A DNA stretch of 64,000 nucleotides, from the NCBI RefSeq assembly GCF_001194135.2, contig NC_068983.1, positions 17,803,905 through 17,867,904 of the forward strand, read 5' to 3'. Source of the stretch: Octopus bimaculoides. Taxonomy: Eukaryota. Each line of letters starts with the position of its first letter. The first letter of the stretch is position 1. The translations under genes were made by a program, and so were the position numbers. Shown in pieces: positions 38,831-51,840 of the stretch. The notes under the pieces are model-generated. The model was given only the letters and a program-made list of their open reading frames with translations. It was not told the origin of the DNA and searched no databases.

Positions 38831-39839
38831 ACGCAGCGAATTCTTCATTGGTTCCATAAGCAGAAACCTGAAGGCATCTTTCTATGATACCATGCGCACC
38901 TTATTTCTTTTAACAGCAACAATACTAAAGCACCACAGGTGTCATAAAAACACCAGCTCATCACACCCTACTAAGGCTTGACCAACACTCTACTGGAATC
39001 CATGTAGTCGTTACAAATGTAAGATGCCACTTCCACAGAGGATCTGGTTTGGTGAAAGTGCATCCTCAGGTTAGGAAGGGCTCCATCACAAGTTTGGCCC
39101 TGAAGCGAAGTGCCAGAAAATATTCAAACTCCCTATAACTGCTGATACTCTAGAAGGCTCAATTAAGACCCATTGTGTTGCATGTGGAACAGATCTGCAA
39201 CTATCCACAGAGACAGCCTGTACTGCATTAAGGGAACAATCCCTCTATTACCTGGAAATTAATCACTAACTGACACACTCCAGTCACTGGTCGACATACA
39301 TGCTATCCCTTCCCTTTGTCTTTTCTAACATCACCATACTGATCTCTGTACTTTGGGGCTGGATGATCTCGTGACTCCACCGAACGGATGGATGTTCCTG
39401 TCTCATTTATTTTTCTACCTCTTGTTACTCTTGATGCCTCTACCCATTCTTTCGTCTCCGTACTATATATGCTTGTGTATGTGTGTTCAATCCTTTCTCC
39501 ATTGAACATCGGCCCGTTTCTGTCTTTTCCCTCAAATGTATTTCCTGCAGGTTTTGACCCGCCACAGTTTAAAAGTCATATTAATAGAATGAAGCTCACC
39601 TCTCTCGGAGGGTATCAGACAAGAAGAGATCAAGGGTTTAGCCTTCCTTTCAGACTCATCAATTAAAAATATAAGATATATTCACGTGTGTATGCATGTT
39701 TATGCGTGTGTGCATGTGCATGTGCGTACAATATATATGTTTGTACTTCACAACTGCCAATATGTTTATGTTTCCGTAATTTAGCAGTACGGCAATTAGT
39801 AAGCAATATAATGAATACGGAACTTCAAATAAATACCTA

Positions 39840-39900
39840 CATTGCAGTGTGGCCGCATGACGAATGACTGAAACAAGTAAAACGATAAAAATAAAAGAAG
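39840..39900 (+). mobile_element. SINE family A 3' tail
   Basis: tggccgca...aatgactgaaacaagtaaaa matches the family A tail. Confidence 0.6.
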
Positions 39901-40349
39901 GCATGAATGTAGTATACTTAAGGAAAAGGAATCAAAACTTTAAGAAATAGGGTAAATGATGTTTATGCTTTATTAGAAAGTATCATTAGGTATCATTGAA
40001 AATATACAGATTGAACCGTGGAATGAGGATTGAAACACCGAGCTCTGAGTCTTGGGTCAAATGTTAATCACAAGTCCTAAAAAAACCGGCAAATTTTACT
40101 GTCAAAACAAAGCTAAAAATACATCATTTCCAAACTGAAATTAAAAATTACGATAAAAACAAAATAATACATCAACATTCAGATTAAGTTCATATCTTCC
40201 AATAGAAATAACCACATTCTTTCTGATCAATATTATCGATCATGCTTTAATATTCAATTCAATTGATTCCCCACATAATTTAAAACAATAATCCGAAATC
40301 TAAATTTCTTTTTCTTCTCTCTTACGATTACTGTTATTATTAATATTTT

Positions 40350-40418
40350 TGTTTTTAGTTGTTGCTGTCGTTGTTGTTGCTGTCGTTGTTGTTGCTGTCA
40401 TTGTTGTTGCTGTCGTTG

Positions 40419-40487
<69 letters not shown>
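40350..40487. repeat. (TTG)n/(TTA)n trinucleotide microsatellite
   Basis: Directly visible. Confidence 0.95.
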
Positions 40488-40489
<2 letters not shown>

Positions 40490-40683
40490 GCTTTCTTTAA
40501 TTCTTTGCGTTTGAATTCCAAAGATTAAGGGATTTTCTCAACGCTAGCGTTGCAAAACAAATAAATCAAATGAGGATTTTCTAGTATTTTCCACTAAGGT
40601 TTTTTTCATATCTCTCTCCAACTCTCTCTCCCCCATGTTTCTCTCACTCTCTCTTAATTTCTCTCCATATTACTTTCTCCATT

Positions 40684-40760
<77 letters not shown>

Positions 40761-42782
40761 ATATATCTTTGTCTCTTGAATCTTCTACTTTCATCCTTTT
40801 TTTATTAATTTTCTCCCCTTTCTGAAGAAAATAAATGAAGGCATTTGGGGCGAAATCTTTCACATGTGTTCACTTAGTCATATCATGATAAAAACACATT
40901 TATTAGCATACTTCTTTGTGGATTAATATCAATATCAGTCCATGAAAAGCATTGGCTTGCTGATAATATTATATTCTTTGTGACTCAACTACTGTAGAAC
41001 ATCACGTTTCATGCATTTGGCAATAAGCTTTTTTGCTTTTTGTGGTTTTTTTCTCTGTGGTTATGCCATTTCTATTATACTTTCCGATGTCCGAAATATT
41101 GTAATCTATATACACATATATCTACTGAATATAGGATCACGGACTGTAATAACGAACTCGAAGTTTAGTAATCAAGTTTTCTAGCCACCACGAAAGAATA
41201 TGAAATGCAATAATAGATTTCTTCTGTTCTTTTTGCTGACCTTAGTCATGGAACTGAGGTCAAACTGGGATACCCTTTTTTGAATGGTGAGTAGGTTTCG
41301 TCGATCATATCGATCCGAGGACTTTGCTTAGAACTTTGTATCGACCTTAGAGAAATATAAAAGACAATGTTGACTGAGCGTAACCGAGACGTATCGAATC
41401 ATCACATGCTTTTATTGTCGATACATCGATTCCACGCCGACACACACATACATACACTGTAACACACACGGAATGTTTGTTAGGAAGAAATTGGTATCTC
41501 TGAAAACTTCGACATTGCTGCCATTATTCTAAACATATCATGTTACATATTGGTGAAGGTTGGAAATAAGCATACGCATCACACCGTTTGATATTTCTAT
41601 CCTTCGTCCAATTAAAATAAAAATATCCCACCCCAAAATTACAAAGACCAAAAATGAAAACAGTATGAAAATTGTGAAAGGACTAACGAAGACTGACCGG
41701 TAATCGAGGATCATGGGGTCAAATAAACCTACACGTATCCAACAAACACGTATGTCTCTAAACACAGTATGAGAAAAAAACAATAAAGTAAAAAAGAAAA
41801 GAAAAGTGTAGACCTGTAAGAACTTGCGTTTAAAAGACTTCTCAAGCAGTTGCAGTGGAATTATGTCGGTGAGAATGTCGTATTTATGCAACGAAAATTT
41901 TGACACGTCATGAAATGAAATAAAATTCAAAAAGTATTTGACAATATTGTGTGTCAGTAAATGCCTTCTAAACAATGTAGTAGCTTTAGTTTTAACACAC
42001 GGTCTCAGACCAAGTACAACACTGACATTTTGAAAACTTCATCTAGGAAAATTTCTCTGAAGAATGCTGTTAAATATCTAAATAAAAATAACAAATTACA
42101 CAACAACTTCACACTATAAAACACTGCATCTTACACAAAAACAACTTTGACTGAGAAAATTCACGCGGCATCCGAGAAACAAAACCCGCAGAAAAGACAG
42201 GTCTCCAATCTCAAGCATATCTTAATAATGTAACTGACAGCAAGTCTATTGAACGAGCTGACTATTAGAAATCATTTAAAAGAAGATTTCTTTGAAGTTA
42301 AAAGTACAGAATTACTAGACACTTCAATTGTTGTAAATGTGTAAAGAAGGCCCTCAGATTATCGTCTGCAAGCAATTGTGAAAGGTTTATCAATGATGAA
42401 AAATGACAGAACTTCCTTATGGCAATGTTTTGTTTGAACAATCCTACTTTACGTTTGCTACATTCTTTACGTCTAAAAGGTTAAAATTGTGTCCTTAGAC
42501 TTGCAAAATCTGATATTCATTTTACTAAAAATATCAGCTTGATAAGCCACATCTCCACGAATGAAATTCAATGAAATTTGCTAGTTAGTCATCATGGTTT
42601 TTAAAGAAACATTCAATAGCAGTGTCGTAAATCTGGAAACATTTTGACAGCCATCGAACTTCAGTATGAAGTGTAAATAACCTAAGATGACAACCGATCA
42701 GGCTTTAATTTATTAATTGAGTATTTCTGTCAGAAACGCGTTGAATTTCAGTAACTATTTCTGATGTTAGTACAGCAGTGAT

Positions 42783-42990
42783 TAAGGTGGTGGACTGGCA
42801 AAATCGTAAGGATGCTAAAGAAAATACGTTGCAATATTTAGGGTACAGTTCTTTACGCTCTGTGTTCGAATCCCACCGAGATTAGCGTTGCTTTTCATTC
42901 CCCATAGGTCAATAAAACAGAGTGCCACAGATTGATGATACCGGCTAGCCTCCTCAAATCAAAATTATAGGCTTTCTTCCAAAATTAGAG
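42783..42990 (+). mobile_element. SINE family B, degenerate
   Basis: aggtggtggactggcaaaatcgtaagg...gttcgaatcccaccgag...ttgcttttcattcc. Confidence 0.6.
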
Positions 42991-44479
42991 ACAATTATAT
43001 TATATGAATATTTACAAAAACTCATTGCATTATGCCCCTCGTAAAACTACAGGCGTAATTCTGCTTTAAGCCATATAACCCCTCTTAATATTTTGGAATT
43101 TTCAGAAAATTTTTATGAATTTGTATTTTACATACGGAAATTTGCACGACTAAGAAAATAATTAAAAAAAAAATTTTTTCGGAATTTAAAAAAAAATTAA
43201 GCTTTTGAATTTTTGTTAAAATCACATTTTAAAATACGGAAATTCCGAAGTTTTGGCTTAAATTCCAGCAATGTACCAATAAATGTGTTGATAAGAAGAA
43301 AGATATTGAAAAACGTCAATACGCCAGACTAACAAACAGACGTGGAGGGTATGAGGTGGTCGTGAGTTGTGCTAAAAATAACAGCTAAATAACCCTTAAA
43401 TTACACACCAAAGAAATATGTTTGATTTTTGTATAATCGTATGAATTCTCATGTGCAGAAGACAAATTCGCAAAAATTTCCTGAAAATTCTCCAAAATAC
43501 CAAAATAAGTTAGGAGAGATTTTATGGCGTGCTGAAAGAAGAATTTCGACCAAATATAAATCTACACGCATACAATACTTCTATGCTTCTAAAAGCTATT
43601 TTATACAATTGAACATATTCACGTATAGCCATATTCTTCAATAGGTAAAATCTGGCGCCTAAAATGAAATTATCTGGGTGATATAGTTTGTAGTATTTAT
43701 TCAGTATGGTGTACCGGTGCCCATTAGAAGACAGAGCACATAAACACTCCGAAGTTTGTTCTTCGAGATTCCGATGAAAGTTCTTTTTTCTCTTTCTAAA
43801 CGCACGCAAGTTCACAAGTTTCAACTGCCATTTTAGAGTACGCACACAAGTATGTTTTCGTTATATATGTATATATCGTTGCCTTAGTATCAAATGGGTT
43901 TGCTGGACATGTCAACATGTTGAGATAATTGGAATACGAAAAATGAGTTATAATAATCTTCCTCCCATTGCATGTTGGAATTCTCTCGATAACCTGGCAT
44001 GTGCTCATAGGCCACGTATGCATAATTAACACACCAAAAATATTTTATTTATGTATGTCATGTAAACATTGCGCAATTTATAAAATAACTCAAACCAATT
44101 AACCAGTTATCATTAAATTGATTATGAAACCAGAATCAAATAGGGCTAACTGGATGGTTCATTAACAAAACCTCAATACTGAACAACAAACTACTTTGGA
44201 CGAACTATTAATATCATTACCACAAATTATTGAACTGCCATCTAACTTTTAATTCATTTTCATACTACTGTCACTACAATTAATTGCATTAAAAGATTTG
44301 AATAACATTAGAATGATTACGTCATATGCTACAGCTAAGCTAAAATCAAATGACTAGTTACAATATTTGACTGCAAATTAAAGCAAGAATAATTAGAGGA
44401 CTATTTGGTAATAGCAATGTTTTATTTTGCTATCTCCCTCATTTGGCCAGTGCTTTTGTAACAAGAGAGCTTGTGAAAG

Positions 44480-45230
44480 TGTAATCATCTCCATCCATAT
44501 GCTTATGCTATGAGTTCAAATCTTTGCTTTCTCCTTGGTGACAGTGGCGCAGCATTGCAAGTTTTTTTGGTGAGGGTGCTGTTAGTGGCTTGACGTTCCC
44601 ATTTCTCAATGACACGTTCTTTAATACATTGATAACTGATTTTTCAGTTTCTAGGGTTAACGATATTCTAATTGTTAAGCTATAAAGCTTAGCAGCTTCA
44701 TATGTGATCCTAACATTAAAATATCCCACTCCAGTATAATTTCCGCTATCACTGCAAGTTTTGTAATCTTAAAAATCCACGCTCAGACATTAAATGTACA
44801 TATATTGCAATATCCTTCAGATGTTTTTCAATGCAGGAATGTAAATTGTCAACGTCCTGTGTATTATTCATGTGAGCTGGGTGCTGTTCTTTAAGAAACG
44901 TTGAAAGGCATAAGACAAAATTTTGATGCGATTCTGTGCTGTACAAGAATCAGACTAAAGAATTAGTGGCTTTGAAGATCTACTTAATAATACGGATAGC
45001 AACAATGGTTAAATCAATTGGAAGTCTACCTGCAGTAGACTCTATCCAAGTTACATTATATCCTCTAGTAGTTTTCTCAAACCTAGCTGTGGGATTACAA
45101 GTGTTGAGTTTTTTCTTGTAATAAGCAGAGCCAATAATTTTGGTACGAGGGGGCGAAAATGCATTCTCTAAATCAAACCTGATAAGTAGAACTGACGAAT
45201 CATTGTTATTCATAGGAGTGAATAACAAGT
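44480..45230 (-). pseudogene. Sola1-like DDD transposase remnant
   Basis: FDLENAFSPP...AYYKKKLNTCN, WIESTAGR, SDSCTAQNR and QDVDNLHSCIEKHLK match Sola-type motifs (FDLQ..YYKRKL..YN; SDxCxxQN; D..HS.IE) in order, across frameshifts. Confidence 0.7.
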
Positions 45231-46125
45231 ATAGGAGTAGATGACAAATAATGAAGTGCCGATTGCCAAGCTTCAGAATGTGTCTATGTTGTATATGCAG
45301 CTAGTTGATGTGACTGAATTGCAGTATGTGTAGATGGTCCAGGTGTAGAGGTCAGAAGAGGCATTGTTAGACAATTTGTTGTTGAATTGATAGCTTGATC
45401 ATTCAATGGTTCATCACAGTTACCTGTAGTCGTAACACATAAATCCAATTCTTTGCTTTCAATAGATTCCGGGTGCTCATTCTCACTAGAAATAAATTAT
45501 TCAAATTATTTCACATATTGAAAGAAGAATTTTAAAAACATATTCTTTACAAAATGTGATATTATAAAAATACAGTGCCATATATTTTATGTTGCTTATT
45601 AGTATCATAAGACTAAAGCACTCAATGTGGACACACAAATATCTATAAAATAAGTTTGTCTCGTTGTACTTGTAGCTTCTTCGATTTAAATTTGATATTG
45701 GAATGATAGCCATGGAAAGAATATTCAAGTAATACATACATCAATTAAATTATGATGCTTTGACTTTACAGATAAATATCAAGGCATTATAGTGTTAATA
45801 CTTTACCTGAGATTAGTAAAATCTTCAATAATCTGCTGAGAGACAAAGAGTAGCATTCTTGAACTTCCCTTCATTTTGATAATGACATAAACACTTGAAA
45901 TGGTTGATTGCTGATAAGTTGAAGCCAGTGTGCCTGTCTTAGTTCAAAGTGCATGTTTTGAACTGCAATTAGCCTGTTTTATTTATGACATAATTAATTA
46001 ATTAAGTATGATAACACAAAACTAATGGCAGCACAGAGTTTTAGGAAGGTCATAGATCACTTGAATATAACAAAATGCAATTCTGCCATGATGACAAGGC
46101 AACCGATTTTGGTATGAAAACAACG

Positions 46126-46158
<33 letters not shown>

Positions 46159-46638
46159 NNNNNNNNNNTATATATGCATATACATATATATGAAGAGATG
46201 GAGAGAGTAAGCATTAGCTTACACTCTTCATTACTTTGACACTGTCTGTATAGGTGCACAAGTGTGTGTCACATCAAATGTCAAATTATCGCAGAAGAAC
46301 ATGAAAGGAATTATTTTGCTGAAGAAGATAACGTACCGTCCGGTCTGGTAATCGAAATCACATGGGCTCGTAAATCCAGTCACATTCTCTCAAAATGGGC
46401 ACGTAAATACAAGTGCTTTCTCTCCAAGTGCATTCTCAACCTGCTGTTGGCGTTAAGTACAGACACATTAAATACTTGCTTAAGCACATCTCACATACCT
46501 ATATGTCGATTCACACATTCGTTTGTGTGTATGTCTGCATGTGCGTGCGTGTTTGTGTGTGTGCGTGTAGTCAGAGAGAGAGAAACAGAGAGATTGATAG
46601 ATTGGCATGGATACTTACACGTAAGAATCAATGACACA

Positions 46639-46668
<30 letters not shown>

Positions 46669-46669
<1 letters not shown>

Positions 46670-46891
46670 GACGGGGTGATGAAAAGTTACTGGCTTTGGG
46701 TAGAAGAAAATACAGGAGAGTCAGTTAATTATAATATTATTCAACATATTCGCTTCTGAAATTCACACACTTATTGCAGCGGTCCTTCATTTCTTCATTT
46801 GTGTAAGCTCTGTAAAAAAACTCAGAAAGTTGGGCATCAAAGCAGGTCGTTTGCGATACCCTTAAAGCCAGGAACATTTTACACACCATCG
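46669..46891. mobile_element. Mariner-type MITE in a TA tract
   Basis: TIRs ggggtgatgaaaagttactggcttt and aaagccaggaacattttacacaccatcg, flanked by TA. Confidence 0.8.
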
Positions 46892-47489
46892 TATAATGCT
46901 TCCATGAAACTAGAACAGATGCAGCATTGTTAAGTAATCAGTATCATATAATATTGTTAAGCAATCATTATTGGGCGTCTCTTGAAAGTCACCTTATAAA
47001 TAATTATATTAAAAATACTACAGGCCTTAATAAGTTTAAGCCTATGAATTAGTTTTAATGTTATATACTAATCATAACTATTTCAGCTTCTGTACTGATG
47101 TTACACATCTTCTACAAACCTATACTTTTTGACAGTAATTCTTTTAACGGAATCTTGTTTTGCTTTACATCTGTCTGCATTGTAATTAAGTATTTTCACC
47201 TGAAGATAATCTGCTGTGAATCTTTTAAGTCTACATTGTCAGACGTGTCTTAATCATCTGACAACAGGCAAACAACTAATGACATCAGACACAATATATC
47301 TCTGCTGTCCTCAATTGAATCAAAGGAAAGTTCGACATTCTTGTTTCCAAAATATCTGGGCAATAGTAAAAAAAAGACGCGTTAACAAAGATATGTATAG
47401 ATTATGAGACACTTTCAATGTGAGCATATAAGCAATTATTTTGAGATTTATATGTCTTACACGGGAACTATACAACATATGCATATATA

Positions 47490-47710
47490 TTCGCATTCCT
47501 TTATTCGTTTCAATCATTGAACCTCAGCCACGCTGGGGAACCACCTAAAGGGATTTAGTCGAACGACCCGACCTCAGTACTTAGTTTTGAAGTTTTGTAC
47601 TTATTATTTTGGGTCACTTCTGCTGATATGCTAAGTTACGGGGACATAAAAAACAATCGCTGGCATCCAACGTGCGTAGGGACGTACACAAAAAACAATA
47701 CATACATACA
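47490..47710 (-). mobile_element. SINE family A, 3' part, degenerate
   Basis: gtttcaatcattgaac...gctaagttacggggaca matches the family A tail. Confidence 0.65.
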
Positions 47711-47873
47711 TGTGTGCTCATATGTATATGCAATGAAATTCCACACAGTTTCCACCTACTAACCTCATTCGCAAAACATTGATCTGATCGCCGCTATAAT
47801 ACTTGTTCATGGTGTTCGAAGTGAAACTGAATCTAATGTTGTAAAGATTCTTAACAACATAGCCAGGATTGTG

Positions 47874-47914
<41 letters not shown>

Positions 47915-48094
47915 TNNNNNNNNNNCAAAAAAAAAGAGAATCACAAATGTCACTAAATGCGACTAGGGTGTTAGGAAACACCTACATTACTAGAACTAAG
48001 AGCTAAACCGTTCTAATACTGTAGTTAATGCACATGGATGAAAACACATACACTAACAGAGACCATAATCGTCCGAAAAGTGCCGGTCAAGAAT

Positions 48095-48147
48095 TCTTAA
48101 TATTGACGCGTCAGTTTCGGCCATTACCGTTGCCTCATCAGTTAAGA
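48095..48147 (-). ncRNA. Type I hammerhead ribozyme (monomer 1)
   Basis: TCTTAA-CTGATGA-GGC(AACGGTAATG)GCC-GAAA-C-TGA(CGCG)TCA-ATA-TTAAGA. Stem I is a perfect 6 bp, the core is intact, the triplet is AUA, and stem III has one mismatch. Confidence 0.8.
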
Positions 48148-48359
48148 CAGCCTGACTTCTGTTCTTTCCGGACTCGCTTCGCCATTAGCATTTATGCATT
48201 CGTCATCCAAATAATTGTATGATTTAGCGATTCGCTTATGTGTAAATATAAAATTAATACAAACAGTAGTTTGCAATGTTACGCCAAAAACGAGATACAA
48301 ATGTCACTAATTGCGACTAGGTTGTTAAGGAAATGCCTACATTGCTAGAACTAAGAGCC

Positions 48360-49900
48360 CTGGTTATTGTTCCCAGGTCTCTTCTGGCCCGGAGTGGTAG
48401 CATCTATAATGGTTCCAGCTATGAACCAGCTATGAGTGTTTGGTAAACTGTATGGGAGAATTCTGATTGTAAGAGTGAGGAACCAGACAGAATATACTAG
48501 GGTAGGTACAGTGCTGTTTTAGGAGTGGAGGGGATGTGCAGATTAGATATTTGTAGTAAGGCAGACGTGGGAGAAGTTTTTAGAAAAAGGGAGAGATGCA
48601 TATTGGGCCTGTATGAACCCAGAGAAGGCATAATACCGTATGGATAGGGATGCAATCTAATAAGTGTTGCGGTTGTATGGAGTAGATGGTAGATTGTTGA
48701 GAGCTGTACAGACTTTCTATAGAGAAACGAGGGCGACAGTTACGGTGGGTGGTGAAGAAAGTGAGTGGTTTGATGTGAAGGTTGGGTTACGACAAGGTTG
48801 TGTGATGTCTCCGTGGTTGTTTAATCTATTTATGAATGGTGTTGTGAGAGAGGTGAATGCTGGAACCTTTGGTAGGGGAAACCAAATGGTGGGAGAAAAT
48901 GAAGAGAAATGGCAGGTGAGTTAATTGTTTGTTGACGATACAGCACTGGTGGCGAATTCGGGAGAGCAATTGAGAAGATTGGTGGTAGAGTTTGGAAGAG
49001 TGCGTGAGAGGAGGAAATTGGGAGTGAATGTAGCTAAGAGTAAGGTGGTGAGATGTTCGAGAGATGGAATGGCTGGTAGGATGTATGTGCGTATAAATGG
49101 TGAGATTTTTAGAGGAGGTGAGTGTTTTTAAGCACCTGGGAGCACATGTAACGGCGGATGGGGGTGACGGCTGAGGAAGTGGGATATAGAGTTAGGGTTA
49201 GGGAGGGGAGTAAGATACTTGAAGTTGTGAAAAGTTGAGTATGAAATCGAAATGAGGTGTGTATGAGGGCATGATTGTGCTAACAATGTTATATGGTGCA
49301 GAGACGTGGGGTTTGAGAGAGGCGGAAAAGAGGTGACTAGGTGTTGCTGAGATGAAATGTTTGAGTGCTATGATTGGTGTGACACGGATAAACAGGATGA
49401 GGAATGAAGAGGTGCGACGGCGAGCAGCAATAAGAGAAAATCTATGTACCAGAATGGATTGACGAATGTTGAGGTGGTTCGGCCTAATGGAGTAGATGGA
49501 TTGGATGAGGAACGGATGGTAAGGAGGGTGATGAAGGCGGAAGTGATATGCAGCAGAAACAGTGGCAGACCTCGGTTTGTGTGGATGAATGGAGTGTGGA
49601 AAGCTTTGGTGGTTAGAGGTGTTGGAGTTAGAGAGGCAGGAAAGTTTATTAATGATAGGAAATCTTGGAGAGTGTTTGTGGACAGACGAGTGAATTGATG
49701 TTGCTCAAAGGGGGTACGGAACCAGCATGATGCGGTGGGGGTGATCCAGCATATGCAGTCTGGCCCCGCTGCTGATATCTAGAGATGCTTTCTATGCCGT
49801 GACCCAAGCATCAGACGGAGCTTGCAACTATGAGCTGGGAAAGCAATTGAATGCCTTGTCTGTGTCTTTTGGCTACCCCCTACTATGGAGAATAGGTTTT
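48360..49900 (+). mobile_element. 5'-truncated RTE-clade LINE (RT, C-terminus, 3' UTR)
   Basis: VKVGLRQGCVMSPWLFNLFM, LFVDDTALV, LGVNVAKSKV, GRPRFVWMNG; few stops and frameshifts. Confidence 0.9.
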
Positions 49901-50067
49901 GGTAAATAAAAATAACACAAATGTCACTAAATGTGTATAGGATGATAGGAAACACCTACATTGTTAGAAATAAGAGCTAAACCACTCTAAAGCTGTAGTT
50001 AACACGCATGAATGAAAACATATACCCTAACAGGGCCATAATCGTCCGCAAAGCACCGATCGGGAAT

Positions 50068-50120
50068 TCTTAATAATGACGCGTCAATTTCGGCAATTTC
50101 TATTACCTCATCAGTTAAAA
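50068..50120 (-). ncRNA. Type I hammerhead ribozyme (monomer 3)
   Basis: TTTTAA-CTGATGA-GGTAAT(AGAA)ATTGCC-GAAA-T-TGA(CGCG)TCA-TTA-TTAAGA. Stem II is 6 bp, the core is intact, the triplet is UUA. Confidence 0.8.
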
Positions 50121-50155
50121 CAGCTCGACTTCGGCTCTTTATGGTTTCGTCACAA

Positions 50156-50312
<157 letters not shown>

Positions 50313-50497
50313 AAGGTGAAACTTATAGAAAAACAAAAGACGAAGACAGGTGTATGAACAACAAGAATGTATATTAGTTCCATATTCGGGGAATGTGTAT
50401 GTATAAAATGGATACATATATGTGTTTGTATGTGTGTGTGTATGTATGTGTGTGTGGGTGCGTGTGTGCGTGTGTGCGCGTATATATATATATGTAC

Positions 50498-50536
<39 letters not shown>

Positions 50537-50618
50537 GATATACAGGGCAGGGAATCGTCAATTAGTAATAAAATTAATAATTAACAATTTTGCCGGGTAG
50601 CCCAGGAGNNNNNNNNNN

Positions 50619-50672
<54 letters not shown>

Positions 50673-51017
50673 CTTGTATGTATATATGATATATATATAT
50701 ATATGTATATATATATATTTATATATAAGTAGCTTAGTGTACACATTTTAAAGACTAACAGATTCTTGCCCTGAGGACATGAGAAATCACGAGAAGAAAA
50801 CGGAAAAAAGTTCATTCAAAAACTGTAGGTGTGAATAAAAACACAAAAGAAAAAGAAAGGAAGGAAGAAGAGTTACATCCCTTTTGGCCATAAAAGCTAT
50901 AATTGAACTAGTTGTGGAATAATACGTCGGAGCGAGTTCCAAAGTTTGCGAGACAGCTGCTCAATCTAGAGAGAGTATTGACCTCTAGTTCGTCAAAAGA
51001 AATTTGCTCGTGTACGC

Positions 51018-51438
51018 TTTACTCTACTCTTTTATTTGTTTCAGTCATTTGACTGCGTCCATGCTGGAGCACCGCTTTTAGTCGAGCAAATTGACCCCCA
51101 AGACTTATTCTTTGTAAGCCTAGTACTTATTTTATCGGTCTCTTGTGCCGAAACGTTAAGTGACGGGGACATGAACACACCAGCACCGGTTGTCAAGCAA
51201 AGCTAGGGGGACAAACACAGACACACAAACATACACACACACACACTTACATATATATATATATACATATATACGACGGGCTTCTTTCAGTTTCCGTCTA
51301 CGAAATCCATTCACAAGGCTTTGGTCGGCCTTAGGCTATAGTAGAAGACACTTGCCCAAGAATGCCATGCAGTGGGACTGAACCCGGAACCATGTGGTTG
51401 GTAAGCAATCTACTTACCAGACAGCCATTCCTGCGCCT
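51018..51438 (-). mobile_element. SINE family A, near full length, with internal microsatellite
   Basis: Head aggcgcaggaatggctgtctggtaag...ccgggttcagtccc, core ttgggcaagtgtcttctactatagcc, tail gactgaaacaaataaaa. Confidence 0.88.
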
Positions 51439-51544
51439 ATGTTTGCACTTGTCGAATGTATCTTTTAGATTTTACAATAGTTTAAAATCTAATCTCAATA
51501 TTGAATCTTTCCATTATTTAATATAAACTAGCGTAAAACATAAT

Positions 51545-51735
51545 TCTTTCTACTCGAGGTACAAGGCCTGAAATTTTTGGGAGGTGGCTAGTCAATGACA
51601 TTGGCCTCAGAACTCAACCGGTGCATATTTTATCGGTCACGATTGGATGAAACGTAAACTCAATGTCGGCGGATTTTAAAGTGTGAACGTAGAGGGAGAA
51701 GAAAGGCTGCTATGCATTTTATCAGGCGTGTTGAT
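51545..51735 (-). mobile_element. SINE family B, degenerate, minus strand
   Basis: ctactcgaggtacaaggcctgaaattt...ttttatcg...ggatgaaa..aaa.tcaatgtcggcggatttt is the reverse complement of family B. Confidence 0.65.
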
Positions 51736-51785
51736 GTATTTGTAAGTTTTGTGCTTTAACTTGCTTTAAAATAGTAACCTCAATT

Positions 51786-51840
<55 letters not shown>

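Larger units (their letters stand above)
47935..50155 (-). repeat. ~354-bp tandem repeat with hammerhead ribozymes (retrozyme-like), split by an RTE insertion
   Basis: Monomer starts (acaaatgtcactaa) lie at 47943, 48297 and 49917. Monomers 1 and 3 each contain a hammerhead fold. Confidence 0.75.

Noticed and set aside
41500-42700. 145-aa ORF and surrounding complex sequence as a gene or transposase
   Set aside because: No motif recognised in any frame I translated; AT-rich composition can explain the ORF.
48297-49978. ~62-bp repeat on both sides of the RTE as a target-site duplication
   Set aside because: The two copies differ at many positions and each matches the start of the 354-bp monomer, so they are separate tandem units.
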